DNA of 64,000 nucleotides from an uncultured Bacteroidales bacterium (lineage in GTDB: Bacteria; Bacteroidota; Bacteroidia; Bacteroidales; VadinHA17), in assembly GCA_963698535.1 (NCBI GenBank), contig CAVORD010000003.1:627-64626 (forward strand). The letters run 5' to 3'. The number at the start of each line of letters is the position of its first letter. The stretch's first letter is position 1. Of this stretch, positions 18,340 to 28,497 are shown piece by piece. A program made the position numbers and the translations under genes. The notes beneath the pieces are model-generated. The model saw nothing but the letters and a program-made list of their open reading frames with translations. It did no database searches and was not told the origin of the DNA.

Positions 18340-20369
18340 ATGACCGATCGCCATACGAACAGACTAATTAAGGAAACCAGCCCATATCTTCTGCAACATG
18401 CCCATAACCCGGTCGACTGGCATGCATGGAACGAAGAGACCCTTGAAAAGGCAAAGAGGGAAAACAAACCATTGCTGGTAAGCATAGGATATTCGTCCTG
18501 TCACTGGTGTCATGTAATGGAGGCAGAAAGCTTCGAAGATGAAGCTACGGCTGCCATTATGAATGAAAATTATATCCCGGTAAAGATAGACAGAGAGGAG
18601 AGACCCGATCTGGATCACATCTACATGACTGCCGTACAGCTGATTACGCGTTCCGGCGGATGGCCACTGAATGTGATAGCCCTCCCCGATGGCACACCTG
18701 TATGGGGTGGCACTTACTTCCCTAATGAAAAGTGGAAATCTGTCCTGATGGAGATAGCAGGAATGTTCAGAGAGAAACCGGATGAGATCAGTGACTATGC
18801 AAAAAACCTTGCCCGGGGAATCGTTGATTCATCACTCGTCCCTGATACTTATTTTGAGGCGGCCGATATCGGACTTTTAAAGGAAGGCCTGGAAAAATGG
18901 AAGCGTGCTTTCGACCCCGTTTACGGCGGACAAACAGGTGCACCGAAATTTCCGATGCCTGTAAACATCTCATTCCTTCTTCATTGGGGATATGAGATGA
19001 AGGATGAAACTATACTCAAACATGTTGAACTGACTCTTGAAAAAATTGCAATGGGAGGCATCTTCGACCAGGCAGGGGGAGGATTTGCACGGTACAGTGT
19101 CGACATAAAGTGGAAAGTGCCGCACTTCGAGAAGATGCTCTACGATAATGCACAGCTTATCTCCGCATACTCTAATGGTTACAGGCAATTCCGTAATCCT
19201 CTTTTCAGGGAGGTCGTTTATAAAACTTTCGAATTTCTTAACCGGGAGATGAACGACAGTTCAGGCTTTTTCTATTCAGCTCTTGATGCGGACAGTGAGG
19301 GAGAGGAAGGCAGGTTTTATACATGGACCATAAAGGAACTTGATGATCTGAAGTTACCTGATTATGAGCTGTTCAGGTCGTACTATTCAATAGATCCGGT
19401 TACATATCTGGGATAACGACCGTTACATTCTGCACCGTAATATTGATGATGCCGGCTTCCGTGAAGGAGCACGGATTAAGTGCTTCCGGTCTGGCAGAAA
19501 AGAAAGAGATATGGAGCTCGTCGTTGCTAAAATTCAGGGAGAAAAGGGTAAGACCTTCACTCGACGATAAATGTCTTGCCGGATGGAATGGACTTATGCT
19601 CACTTCTCTGGTGGAAGCATACAAAGCGTTCGGGGATGATATATTTCTGGAGGCTGCGGTTAAACTGGCCGGAAAGATATCCGCCACGATCAAACATAAT
19701 AAGGGATTAGTAAGAAGGAATCTTAAAAATGCGGATGAGAGCACTCCGGTATTTCTGGATGATTTTGCCCTTGTCGCACAAGGACTCATAGCCCTGTCTG
19801 AAGTTGATGATAACAGACAATGGTTATCCGAATCTGTCAGCCTTACAGACAAAACAACTGAACTTTTTTATGACAGTAAGGACTCAATGTTCTGCTTTAA
19901 TCCGGTTGGGTCTAAAGTTCTGGTTACCAATTATTTTGAGACATACGACAATGTTATTCCCTCATCAAATGCAACTTTGGCAGGGAACCTCTTCCGTCTG
20001 GCCCGTCTGGCATCCAATAGTACATATCTGTCAATATCTGAAAAAATGACCCGCAAGATGTGGGGCCATGCTGCAGCCAATCCAAACGGATTTGCCGAGT
20101 GGTGTAAGGTAATTCTATACCAGTCGTTACCTTTCAGCGAGATCATTATCACAGGCGGTGAAGCAGAAAAGAGACTTAAGGAGATAGCATCACTGTATAT
20201 CCCTGGATCGGCTACAGCCATTTCGAAGAAAGAGGATAGTACTCTTCTGTTTAAGGGCAGACATAAAGAAAGAAAGACACAAATATGGATTTGCGAGAAC
20301 AGCCAGTGCAAGATGCCTGTTGAAAATGTTCCGGAGGCAATTAAAATACTGACTGCAAAAAGACAATAA
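18340..20369 (+). CDS. Thioredoxin-domain (DUF255/YyaL-like) protein with an N-acylglucosamine-epimerase-like fold; two closely spaced frameshifts
   Basis: It contains [17 protein letters not shown] and [13 protein letters not shown]. The frame leaves near 19405 and returns near 19458 (ORFs 18292..19416 and 19443..20369). Confidence 0.8.
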
Positions 20370-20412
20370 CCCCTTGTCCGGAAGTTAATTCCATTATATG
20401 GCCATTCGTTTA

Positions 20413-21993
20413 CTACTCCCCTTTAATGAAGGCTGGTGCTTTCCTCGCTTTTGTTGCCTGCTCGAACCCGTAGGCTACCTCTATCAGTACCGGTTCACTC
20501 CACTCTCTGCCGAAGAATGATACACCAACAGGCAACTGGTCGATAAATCCCATGGGAATGGTAATGGCAGGGTATCCGGAGATCGCAGCCAGAGAGGAGC
20601 TCCCTCCAATGTAGTTGTCGCCGTTAATAAGGTCGGTCTTCCACGCAGGCGAACCTGTAGGCGCCATCAGAGCATCGAGTGAATAGGAACCCATCAGTCT
20701 GTCAATACCCTTACTTCTAGTCCCTTCATACATCTGCTGAAGAGCCTTTAGATACTCCGGTGAGGTGAGATCACCCTTTTCATTAGCTTTGATAAGAAGG
20801 TCCTGGTCGAAATATCTCAGTTCCACAGGGTCGGTTTTATTGAACTCGATAAGCTCTGTAACACTTTTAACCGGGGCATTGTCACCCAGCGATGCAAAGT
20901 ATTTGTTCAATCCATCCTTATATTCATAGAGCATTACGGTAAAAGAGGCACCTCCAAACGATCGTTCTGATGGTCCTTCTATCTCAATAACTTCCGCTCC
21001 GGCTTTCCGAAGCTCATCGACAGTTATTCTCATAAGTGAATCAACCCTGTGCGAGAATCCCATGGCATCCTTAAGCAGTCCGATCTTCTTGCCTTTCAGA
21101 CCGTCGGCCCTGAGAAATGGGGTATAATCAGAAAGCGCCTTGCCTTCAGATGCAAGTGTCTTACTGTCACCGGGATCAATACCTGTCAACGCACCCAGAC
21201 ATATTACGGCATCAGTTAAAGTACGTGTCATCGGTCCGGGTGTATCCTGTGAGAAAGATATCGGTATTATGCCGGAGCGGCTTATTAGTCCTACTGTTGG
21301 CTTAATACCCACAATACCATTATTATTTGACGGACAAACAATGGATCCGTTGGTTTCAGTACCTATGGCCAGGATTGTGAGATTAGCGGAGACGGCGACA
21401 CCCGATCCGGCACTCGACCCGCACGGATTGCGATCGAGAATATAAGGGTTTTTGGTCTGTCCCCCTACCCCGCTCCATCCGCTCGATGAGTAATTGGATC
21501 TGAAGTTGGCCCATTCACTGAGATTTGTTTTTCCAATGATCACGGCACCCGCCTCTCTCAGTTTCATCGCTACCCAGCTGTCGGCAGGCGGGAATGAATT
21601 GCGTAGGACCGTAGCACCGGCGGTATTGGGCATTTGATCATGAGTATCGATGTTGTCTTTTAGCAGCACGGGTATTCCATGAAGCGGCCCCCTGCTCCTC
21701 CCTTCAGCAAGCTCTTTGTCAAGCTCGCGGGCAATGGCAAGGGCATCGGGATTAATGATTATCACAGAGTTAAGGGCCGGTCCATTAACATCGATAGCCT
21801 CAATACGGTCGATATATCCCTGTACCACCTCCTCAACTGTAAATTCACCCTCCGTGTAACCCTTCTGAATGTCGGTAATGGTTATCTCTTCCAGCCAGGG
21901 GTTTGGATATTCTGTTTCAGAATGTCCATTGTTGTGGCATGACGGGAGAAGAATCAGTACCAAAATGGCGGAAACGATAGCAAGATATCTCAT
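20413..21993 (-). CDS. Secreted amidase-signature family amidase
   Basis: It has the amidase signature GGSSAGSG-like motif (CGSSAGSGVAV) and an N-terminal signal/lipobox (LLPSC). Confidence 0.85.
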   Translation of the reverse strand: MRYLAIVSAILVLILLPSCHNNGHSETEYPNPWLEEITITDIQKGYTEGEFTVEEVVQGYIDRIEAIDVNGPALNSVIIINPDALAIARELDKELAEGRSRGPLHGIPVLLKDNIDTHDQMPNTAGATVLRNSFPPADSWVAMKLREAGAVIIGKTNLSEWANFRSNYSSSGWSGVGGQTKNPYILDRNPCGSSAGSGVAVSANLTILAIGTETNGSIVCPSNNNGIVGIKPTVGLISRSGIIPISFSQDTPGPMTRTLTDAVICLGALTGIDPGDSKTLASEGKALSDYTPFLRADGLKGKKIGLLKDAMGFSHRVDSLMRITVDELRKAGAEVIEIEGPSERSFGGASFTVMLYEYKDGLNKYFASLGDNAPVKSVTELIEFNKTDPVELRYFDQDLLIKANEKGDLTSPEYLKALQQMYEGTRSKGIDRLMGSYSLDALMAPTGSPAWKTDLINGDNYIGGSSSLAAISGYPAITIPMGFIDQLPVGVSFFGREWSEPVLIEVAYGFEQATKARKAPAFIKGE

Positions 21994-22386
21994 AATTTCT
22001 ATTTAATAATTTGGAATTAAGATAAGCAAAAGAATGAATATTCTTAAGATTGGATTCGCATGCTTGCCCACTTTCACCACAAAGTACTCCACAACCTACC
22101 ATACTAAAAACCCACCCCAACCTCCCGCCGATGGCGGGACCATTCTTAGTCACGGTTCCCGTGACTTCGGAACGGCACCGCAGGCTCTCCAGGGAGGGGA
22201 ATTTATTCACTAACCCCATAACCTTATAACCTGCAACCTGTAACCTGCCTGTCCTCCGTAGTAACGCCTGGCGTTACGAAGGCGGGCAACCTGCAACCCC
22301 CTTCCTGCTCCCCAACATCAAACATTTTCTTCACACCAAAAAATTTAACTTTATCTTTATCATTGATAACCCTAAAACCGAATAGT

Positions 22387-25300
22387 ATGAAGAAGAGTTT
22401 CCTGATATTACTGATGGTTGCTGCCATAGCGATGGCAACGGTGCCGGCAAACGGGCAAAAAAGCAAGAAGGCTCCTGTTTCCAAATCTGAAACCGAACTG
22501 ATAACACCCCTCCTTTCCAACCTTACTTACCGCCATATAGGACCTTTCCGCGGAGGAAGGGCTGCAGCGGTGACAGGTGTACCCGGTGAAAGCTCAGTCT
22601 ACTATCAGGGTGCCACCGGTGGTGGTGTATGGAAGACAGTTGATGCGGGTATAACATGGAAAAACATAAGCGATGGCTTTTTCGGCGGAACGATAGGATC
22701 CATTGCCGTGGCTCCATCCGACCATAACGTTATTTACGCAGGTGGCGGTGAGGTGACGGTGAGAGGGAATGTCTCGCATGGCTACGGTATATGGAAATCG
22801 CTCGACGCAGGTGAAACATGGAAATATGTTGGTCTGAAGGAGGGGCAATATATACCGCGAATGGCTGTTCATCCGACAAACCCCGATATAGCTTATGCTG
22901 CTGTTCTGGGTCATCTCTTCGGCGATAACAGTGAAAGAGGAATTTACAGGACCAGAAACGGTGGATCCACCTGGGAGAAGGTGCTCTTCGTAAGCAATAA
23001 GGCCGGTGGTTGCGACCTTATACTCGACCCTGCCAATCCACGCATAATATACGCATCCACATGGAACATACGCCGTACCCCTTACAGCTTAGAGAGCGGT
23101 GGTGAAGGGTCGGCTCTCTGGAAATCGACCGACGGTGGTGATACATGGAAGGAGATAACCCGCAACGAAGGGCTCCCAAAGGGAACCATTGGCATTATAG
23201 GTGTGACTGTTTCCCCGCTTAACAGTAAAAGAGTATGGGCAATAGTTGAAGCAGCCGACGGAGGATTGTTCCGCAGTGAAGACGGCGGAGTAAAATGGCG
23301 CAAAGTAAGCGACGACCGTAACATTCGTCAGCGTGCCTGGTATTACTCACGCATATATGCCGATCCGGGCAACGTCGACGGGGTTTATGTCCTCAATGTA
23401 CAGTTCTTCAGATCGAAAGACGGCGGCTCATCATTCGACAGGATAAGCACACCCCACGGCGACCATCACGACCTGTGGATATCGCCTCTGAACCCTGAAA
23501 TTATGGCTATAGCCGATGATGGTGGTGCTCAGGTCTCATTTAACGGAGGTGAAAGCTGGTCGACCATGATGAACCAGCCAACAGCCCAGTTCTACAGGGT
23601 TGCAACAGACAACCATTTTCCCTATAGGATTTACGCTGCACAGCAGGACAACTCAACACTACGAATAGCCAGCCGCTCCTTCGGGAATGGCATTGGAGAA
23701 GATGACTGGGAGGAGACTGCCGGTGGTGAGAGTGGCTGGATAGCTCCCGATCCGAACGACCCGGAGATAGTTTACGGCGGATCATATGGTGGTTACCTTG
23801 AGAGAATAAATCACAGAACAGGCGAAAGAAGGATGGTCAATGTGTGGCCCGACAATCCTATGGGATGGGGAGCTGCCGACCTCAAATACAGATTCCAGTG
23901 GAACTTTCCCATACTCTTTTCCAGACACGACAACAAGGTCCTCTATGCAGCTGCCAATGTCTTGTTCACAACTGACAACGAAGGACAGTCGTGGGAAGCA
24001 ATTTCTCCCGATCTGACACGCAACGATAAATCCAAAATGGGATCATCGGGCGGACCAATAACAAAAGACAATACCAGTGTGGAGTACTATGGAACCATTT
24101 TTACGGTTGCAGAATCGGTAACAGAAAAGGGCGTTATATGGACAGGCTCCGACGACGGACTGATTTATATTACACGCGACAACGGCAAAAACTGGAGCAA
24201 TGTTACACCCCCAACTTCAATGTTACCGGAGTGGACAATGATCAATTCCATTGAACCAGATCCTTTCAATGCAGGAGGGGCTTATGTTGCAGCAACATCC
24301 TATAAATCGGATGATTACAGACCTTACCTGCTTAAGACCACCGACTATGGCAAGAACTGGAAACTGATAACGAACGGTATCGACCCAAACCCATTTTACG
24401 AGGGTCATAAGGGCCGATGCAAAGAGGAAGGGCCTCCTCTTTTGTGGTACTGAATCGGGACTTTACATAAGCTTTGACGATGGCACTAAGTGGAACTCAT
24501 TTCAGCTTAATGCTCCAATAGTACCAATAACAGACATGACCATCAGAGATAACTCACTCATTGTGGTGACCCAGGGAAGGTCGATATGGATGCTCGACAA
24601 CCTTGAGATACTTCATCAGATAAAAACCTACTGTCGCAGGAACCGCCAGCTATCTTTTCGACATCCCCGACGCATTAAGAGTGCCAGGACGAATAGGCGG
24701 TGGTGACTTCTCAGGTGAGAATCCTGCACCCGGGGCTATTAATACCCTTTCTATCTGAATTCAGAACCGGGAGATAAGGATAAGATCAAACTCGAAATTC
24801 TTACCGAGTAACGGCGAATTGATCAGGAGTTTTGAGAAAGGTGTGAAGAGAGCCGATCTGGAGAACCACAAGCCTCTTGGGGAACTGGAGGTGAAAGCAG
24901 GAATGAACCTCTTCAGCTGGGATCTCCGGTATCCGGGATCACTTGCAGGTACCGGGGATGATATTCTGGGGTGGTGGAATAGGTGGACCTACCGCTGCAC
25001 CGGGTGAATACACAGCCCGCCTGACTGTTAACGATAAAATATCTGAAAAAAGTTTCAGACTTCTGCCTAATCCGATATCATCCTCATCGGTCGGGGATAT
25101 GAAAGAGCAATTCGACCTTCTTATTGAAATCCGTGACAAACTTACAGAGACACATCAGTGCATTCTTGATATCAGGAGTATGAGGGACCAGCTGAATGAT
25201 CTTCTGGGAAAGCTCGACAAGGAGGTAAATAATGAGATAATTAAAGAGGTAAGTGCAATAAAAGATGAGCTTACTTCTATAGAGGAAAACCTCTACCAGA

Positions 25301-25545
25301 CTAAAAACAGAAGCAGCCAGGATCCGCTTAACTTCCCTATAAAACTCAACAACAAACTGGCCGGTGTTGCTTCAGTGGTATCCGCAGGTGACTGGAAACC
25401 GACGAAGCAGAGCTACGAGACCGCTGCTTACCTGACAGATCTTATCGATGCCGAACTTGCAAAATTTGCACAATTAAAAAAGGAAAGGATTGAAAAATTG
25501 AATCAGACACTTGCGGTAAATAAGATAGCGTTTATTAAAATGTAG
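22387..25545 (+). pseudogene. BNR/Asp-box (sortilin/VPS10-like) beta-propeller protein; the 3' third is broken by about 5 frameshifts
   Basis: It has at least 10 Asp-box motifs (SxDxGxTW type: STDGGDTW, SEDGGVKW, SKDGGSSF, TRDNGKNW...). The sequence continues in shifted frames from about 24388 to the frame of ORF 24943..25545. Confidence 0.8.
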
Positions 25546-25546
25546 C

Positions 25547-25572
25547 ATATCGTAGTCTGGAGACTACGATAT
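25547..25572 (+). terminator. Perfect hairpin after the BNR gene
   Basis: atatcgtagtct / agactacgatat form a 12-bp inverted repeat 2 nt after the stop codon. Confidence 0.5.
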
Positions 25573-25591
25573 ACTTACATATGAATAAAAT

Positions 25592-25651
25592 CTACATAAT
25601 TAACTACATAGTTAATTACATAATTAATTATGTAGTTAACTATATAGTTAT
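25592..25651. repeat. Five tandem AT-rich 12-mers (YTAYATARTTAA) containing an 18-bp perfect palindrome
   Basis: The units are ctacataattaa, ctacatagttaa, ttacataattaa, ttatgtagttaa and ctatatagttat. The palindrome tacataattaattatgta lies at 25617-25634. Confidence 0.85.
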
Positions 25652-25885
25652 TTCAGATCAGACTGTGGAAAGAAGTCGTTTAAGGTAGATATACTGCCGG
25701 TAGGCAAAACGTACTATACGTTTGAACGGCCTGTCACTATCAGGATTATTATGAGAGTAATCGTTATCACCTGTGTAACCAATTAATACCAAAAGAACAA
25801 ACTTCAGCATTAATAGTTCACAGCACAGATAGTTATTTAACTCTTTTTTGCACCGTCACCTTATGAGACGGTATGTTACGTTATG

Positions 25886-26704
25886 TTATTTCCCTTCCTC
25901 CCTGAACCGGGCAAGGTTCTTTATGATAAGCCTCTCTACAAGACTTGGAAAGAGAGGTTGCAGCATGAAGTTCAATTTTCCCAGTCTGGTAAGAACGGTA
26001 ATGAACTTCCTCTTTGACACATTCTTCACGACCGCTTTGGCGACCGACTCCCTTGACTCTACTCCTTTCCCTTTTCTTGGAAGGAGTGCTATCCTTGAGC
26101 CATCTGAAGCAATGGTCTCCTTCTTGCCTTCATTTTCAGTGTATCCCACATAGATGAGGCCGACATGAATATCATTTTCTTTCTCCTCTATCCGTATAGA
26201 CTCCGCTATAGCTCTCAGTGCCATCTTGGAGGAGCTGTATGCAGAAAGGAATGGCAGTCCTCTTATTCCTGCATTACTTGATATGAATACTATACTTCCT
26301 TTGGAGACTCTTAAATATTTAATTGCCGGGATGGTAGGATTAACCGCTCCCAGGATATTGCTTTCAAAAATGGTCTTATATACAACGGGATCAAGATCGG
26401 CTACTGCTCCTCTCATTGATACTCCCACATTATTAACGAGGATATCGACCCTGCCAAAAACCTTAACAGCCTCCTCAATAAGCAATGCACCTCCTTCGGG
26501 AGTAGAAACATCGGCGCATACCGAAATAACCTTAGCGCTTCTTTCACTTACCTCTTCCTCAGCAGCTTTCAGGACCACCTTGTTGCGACCGTTAAGGACT
26601 ATTGAGCATCCCTTAGCTGCAAATTCCAGGGCGATAGCCTTACCTATCCCCTTGCTTGACCCGGTTATTACTACAACTTTCCCCCTGAAATCCGGCTTAC
26701 TCAT
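25886..26704 (-). CDS. Short-chain dehydrogenase/reductase (SDR)
   Basis: It has the TGSSKGIG cofactor motif and the YSSSK catalytic motif. Confidence 0.85.
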   Translation of the reverse strand: MSKPDFRGKVVVITGSSKGIGKAIALEFAAKGCSIVLNGRNKVVLKAAEEEVSERSAKVISVCADVSTPEGGALLIEEAVKVFGRVDILVNNVGVSMRGAVADLDPVVYKTIFESNILGAVNPTIPAIKYLRVSKGSIVFISSNAGIRGLPFLSAYSSSKMALRAIAESIRIEEKENDIHVGLIYVGYTENEGKKETIASDGSRIALLPRKGKGVESRESVAKAVVKNVSKRKFITVLTRLGKLNFMLQPLFPSLVERLIIKNLARFREEGK

Positions 26705-27453
26705 TTTATGTTGTTATTGTACGACATCTCAGGGTTATGCTTCAATGCAGTAAAACTGTTTGTAAGTGCCATTGCCAAATGGACCAGAAATGCTATCCAG
26801 ATAGTTCCGGAAGCAAGGGTAAGAAGACAAAGAACCAGTCCAAGTGGTATTGCTCCGATAGTCTCCGTGAGTCCCTTGGGTATATGTGTCGCTGCATACA
26901 TTGCTATATTAACGGAGATGGCTATCCATACTCCTGCATATCCGGCCAGTGGTATCAGCAATACTCCTCTGAAGAGCATCTCATAACCAAAAAGATAGAG
27001 GGCCCAGGTCGCAATATTGATGATAGCTGTTCGTCGTGTCCACACCTTGGCCCTTATCTGTGGATAGTTAACAAGGTTTTCCGGTTTTCTGGCACTGATC
27101 ATTGCCATGGGAACCACCAGTATCCCAAGAACAACTATCCAGAAGAGTGAAAACAGATTAGTCTCACGGTCGAATGTCAGTCCATAATCGGCAAGAGAAT
27201 AATCGGGCAGGAAGATAAGGCATACCACCAGGGGAAGAACGCCCATCGAAATAAATCCGACAATCCGGTTAAAGGATATATGCAACAGAGTGGCTTCATC
27301 GTTTTCACGACCTTGGTAAAACCAGGCCTTAACCTTTTCTGATTTTGCAGTAAACCAGTAAATTACAAAGGTAATAAGTGATAAAATTATTGGCAGCCAG
27401 ATGTTAATATCTGTACTTTGCCACGACAGGTCAACGGGTAGTCCTTTAAGCAT
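26701..27453 (-). CDS. CPBP-family intramembrane metalloprotease (CAAX protease-like)
   Basis: It is polytopic, with an EMLFRG (EExxxR-type) motif and a downstream His motif. Its stop overlaps the SDR start by 4 nt. Confidence 0.75.
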   Translation of the reverse strand: MLKGLPVDLSWQSTDINIWLPIILSLITFVIYWFTAKSEKVKAWFYQGRENDEATLLHISFNRIVGFISMGVLPLVVCLIFLPDYSLADYGLTFDRETNLFSLFWIVVLGILVVPMAMISARKPENLVNYPQIRAKVWTRRTAIINIATWALYLFGYEMLFRGVLLIPLAGYAGVWIAISVNIAMYAATHIPKGLTETIGAIPLGLVLCLLTLASGTIWIAFLVHLAMALTNSFTALKHNPEMSYNNNIK

Positions 27454-27458
27454 GCTCT

Positions 27459-28443
27459 CTATTTTTTATCCAGATATCCATTATTATCAAACCATTCAAA
27501 GCAATCAGTTATACCCACTTCTATAGGGGTTTGAGGCATCTTCAGATCGGTAACAGCCGATTCTGAAGAGACATATTGTTTATCGCACGATATCCTTGCC
27601 ATAGGATATGTAAGCATCGGTTTAATACCAAAAACAGCGGATACGAGGTCTCCTGATTTTGCCAATAGATTTAACCAGCCAGTCGGGGATCAATAATGCG
27701 GGTGATGGTTTCCCCACTATCTTAGCCACTTTTGCAAAGAACTCACGATAAGTAAGATTCTCATTCCCTGCAATGTAATATTTACCCACCTCTCCCATCT
27801 CAAGGCTGTTGACAATTGCTGTCGCGACATCCTTTGCCGAGACGAAGTTGCGGCCACCACCGGTATAGAACTTAAGCTGACCCTTAGCCACAGCCTGTAT
27901 CATTCTTCCCGATCCCGGCAGTGAATCATAGGCATCGATCATATAAGTAGGGAGTATGGAGATTGCCGGTAAGCCTTTCTTTTTGGCCGCATCGAGAACC
28001 AGATTCAGTGCTTCATATTTTGAATCTATATAATCGAGTCCGTATTTTGCTCCCGGGAAAAGATACTTCCCCCCGGTTTCGCCCGGTGCATTTACCGAAC
28101 TGCCGGAGCCTATATATATAAAGCGCTTAACGTTACATCTCAATGCCTCCTCTACCATGTTCCTGGTGCCATCGATATTTATTCTCCTTACAATTTCAGA
28201 ACGGGCCGGCCACACTGAAGTGGATGCTGCTCCATGAATGACAACATCATTACCCTTCATTGCAGGAATAAGTGTCTCCGGCTCAAGGATCGATCCGGTG
28301 AATCTTTTAATATCCAAACCATCGAGGGTGCCGGAATAGGAGTTGCTGTTAATAAATACTGTAAGTTCATGACCCCTCTCCAGAAGCATTCTTGCAAGGT
28401 TGCTTCCTAGCATACCATCTGCTCCTGTAATAAAAATCTTCAT
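27459..28443 (-). CDS. NAD-dependent epimerase/dehydratase family protein (one frameshift near 27655-27665)
   Basis: It has the Rossmann motif ITGADGMLGS. ORFs 27622..28443 and 27459..27665 join as ...WLVKSIGKI/GDLVSAVFG... Confidence 0.8.
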
Positions 28444-28497
28444 ATTTCAGATACCTTCCTGCTATTCAATTATTTGGACTGGGCTATAACCCTTTCT

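Noticed and set aside
21917-22520. ORFs 21917..22219 and 22224..22520 (100 and 98 aa, minus strand)
   Set aside because: They lie over the GC-rich hairpin and heptamer element and over the 5' end of the plus-strand BNR gene. The peptide content derives from the repeats (..GCRL..TGCRL).
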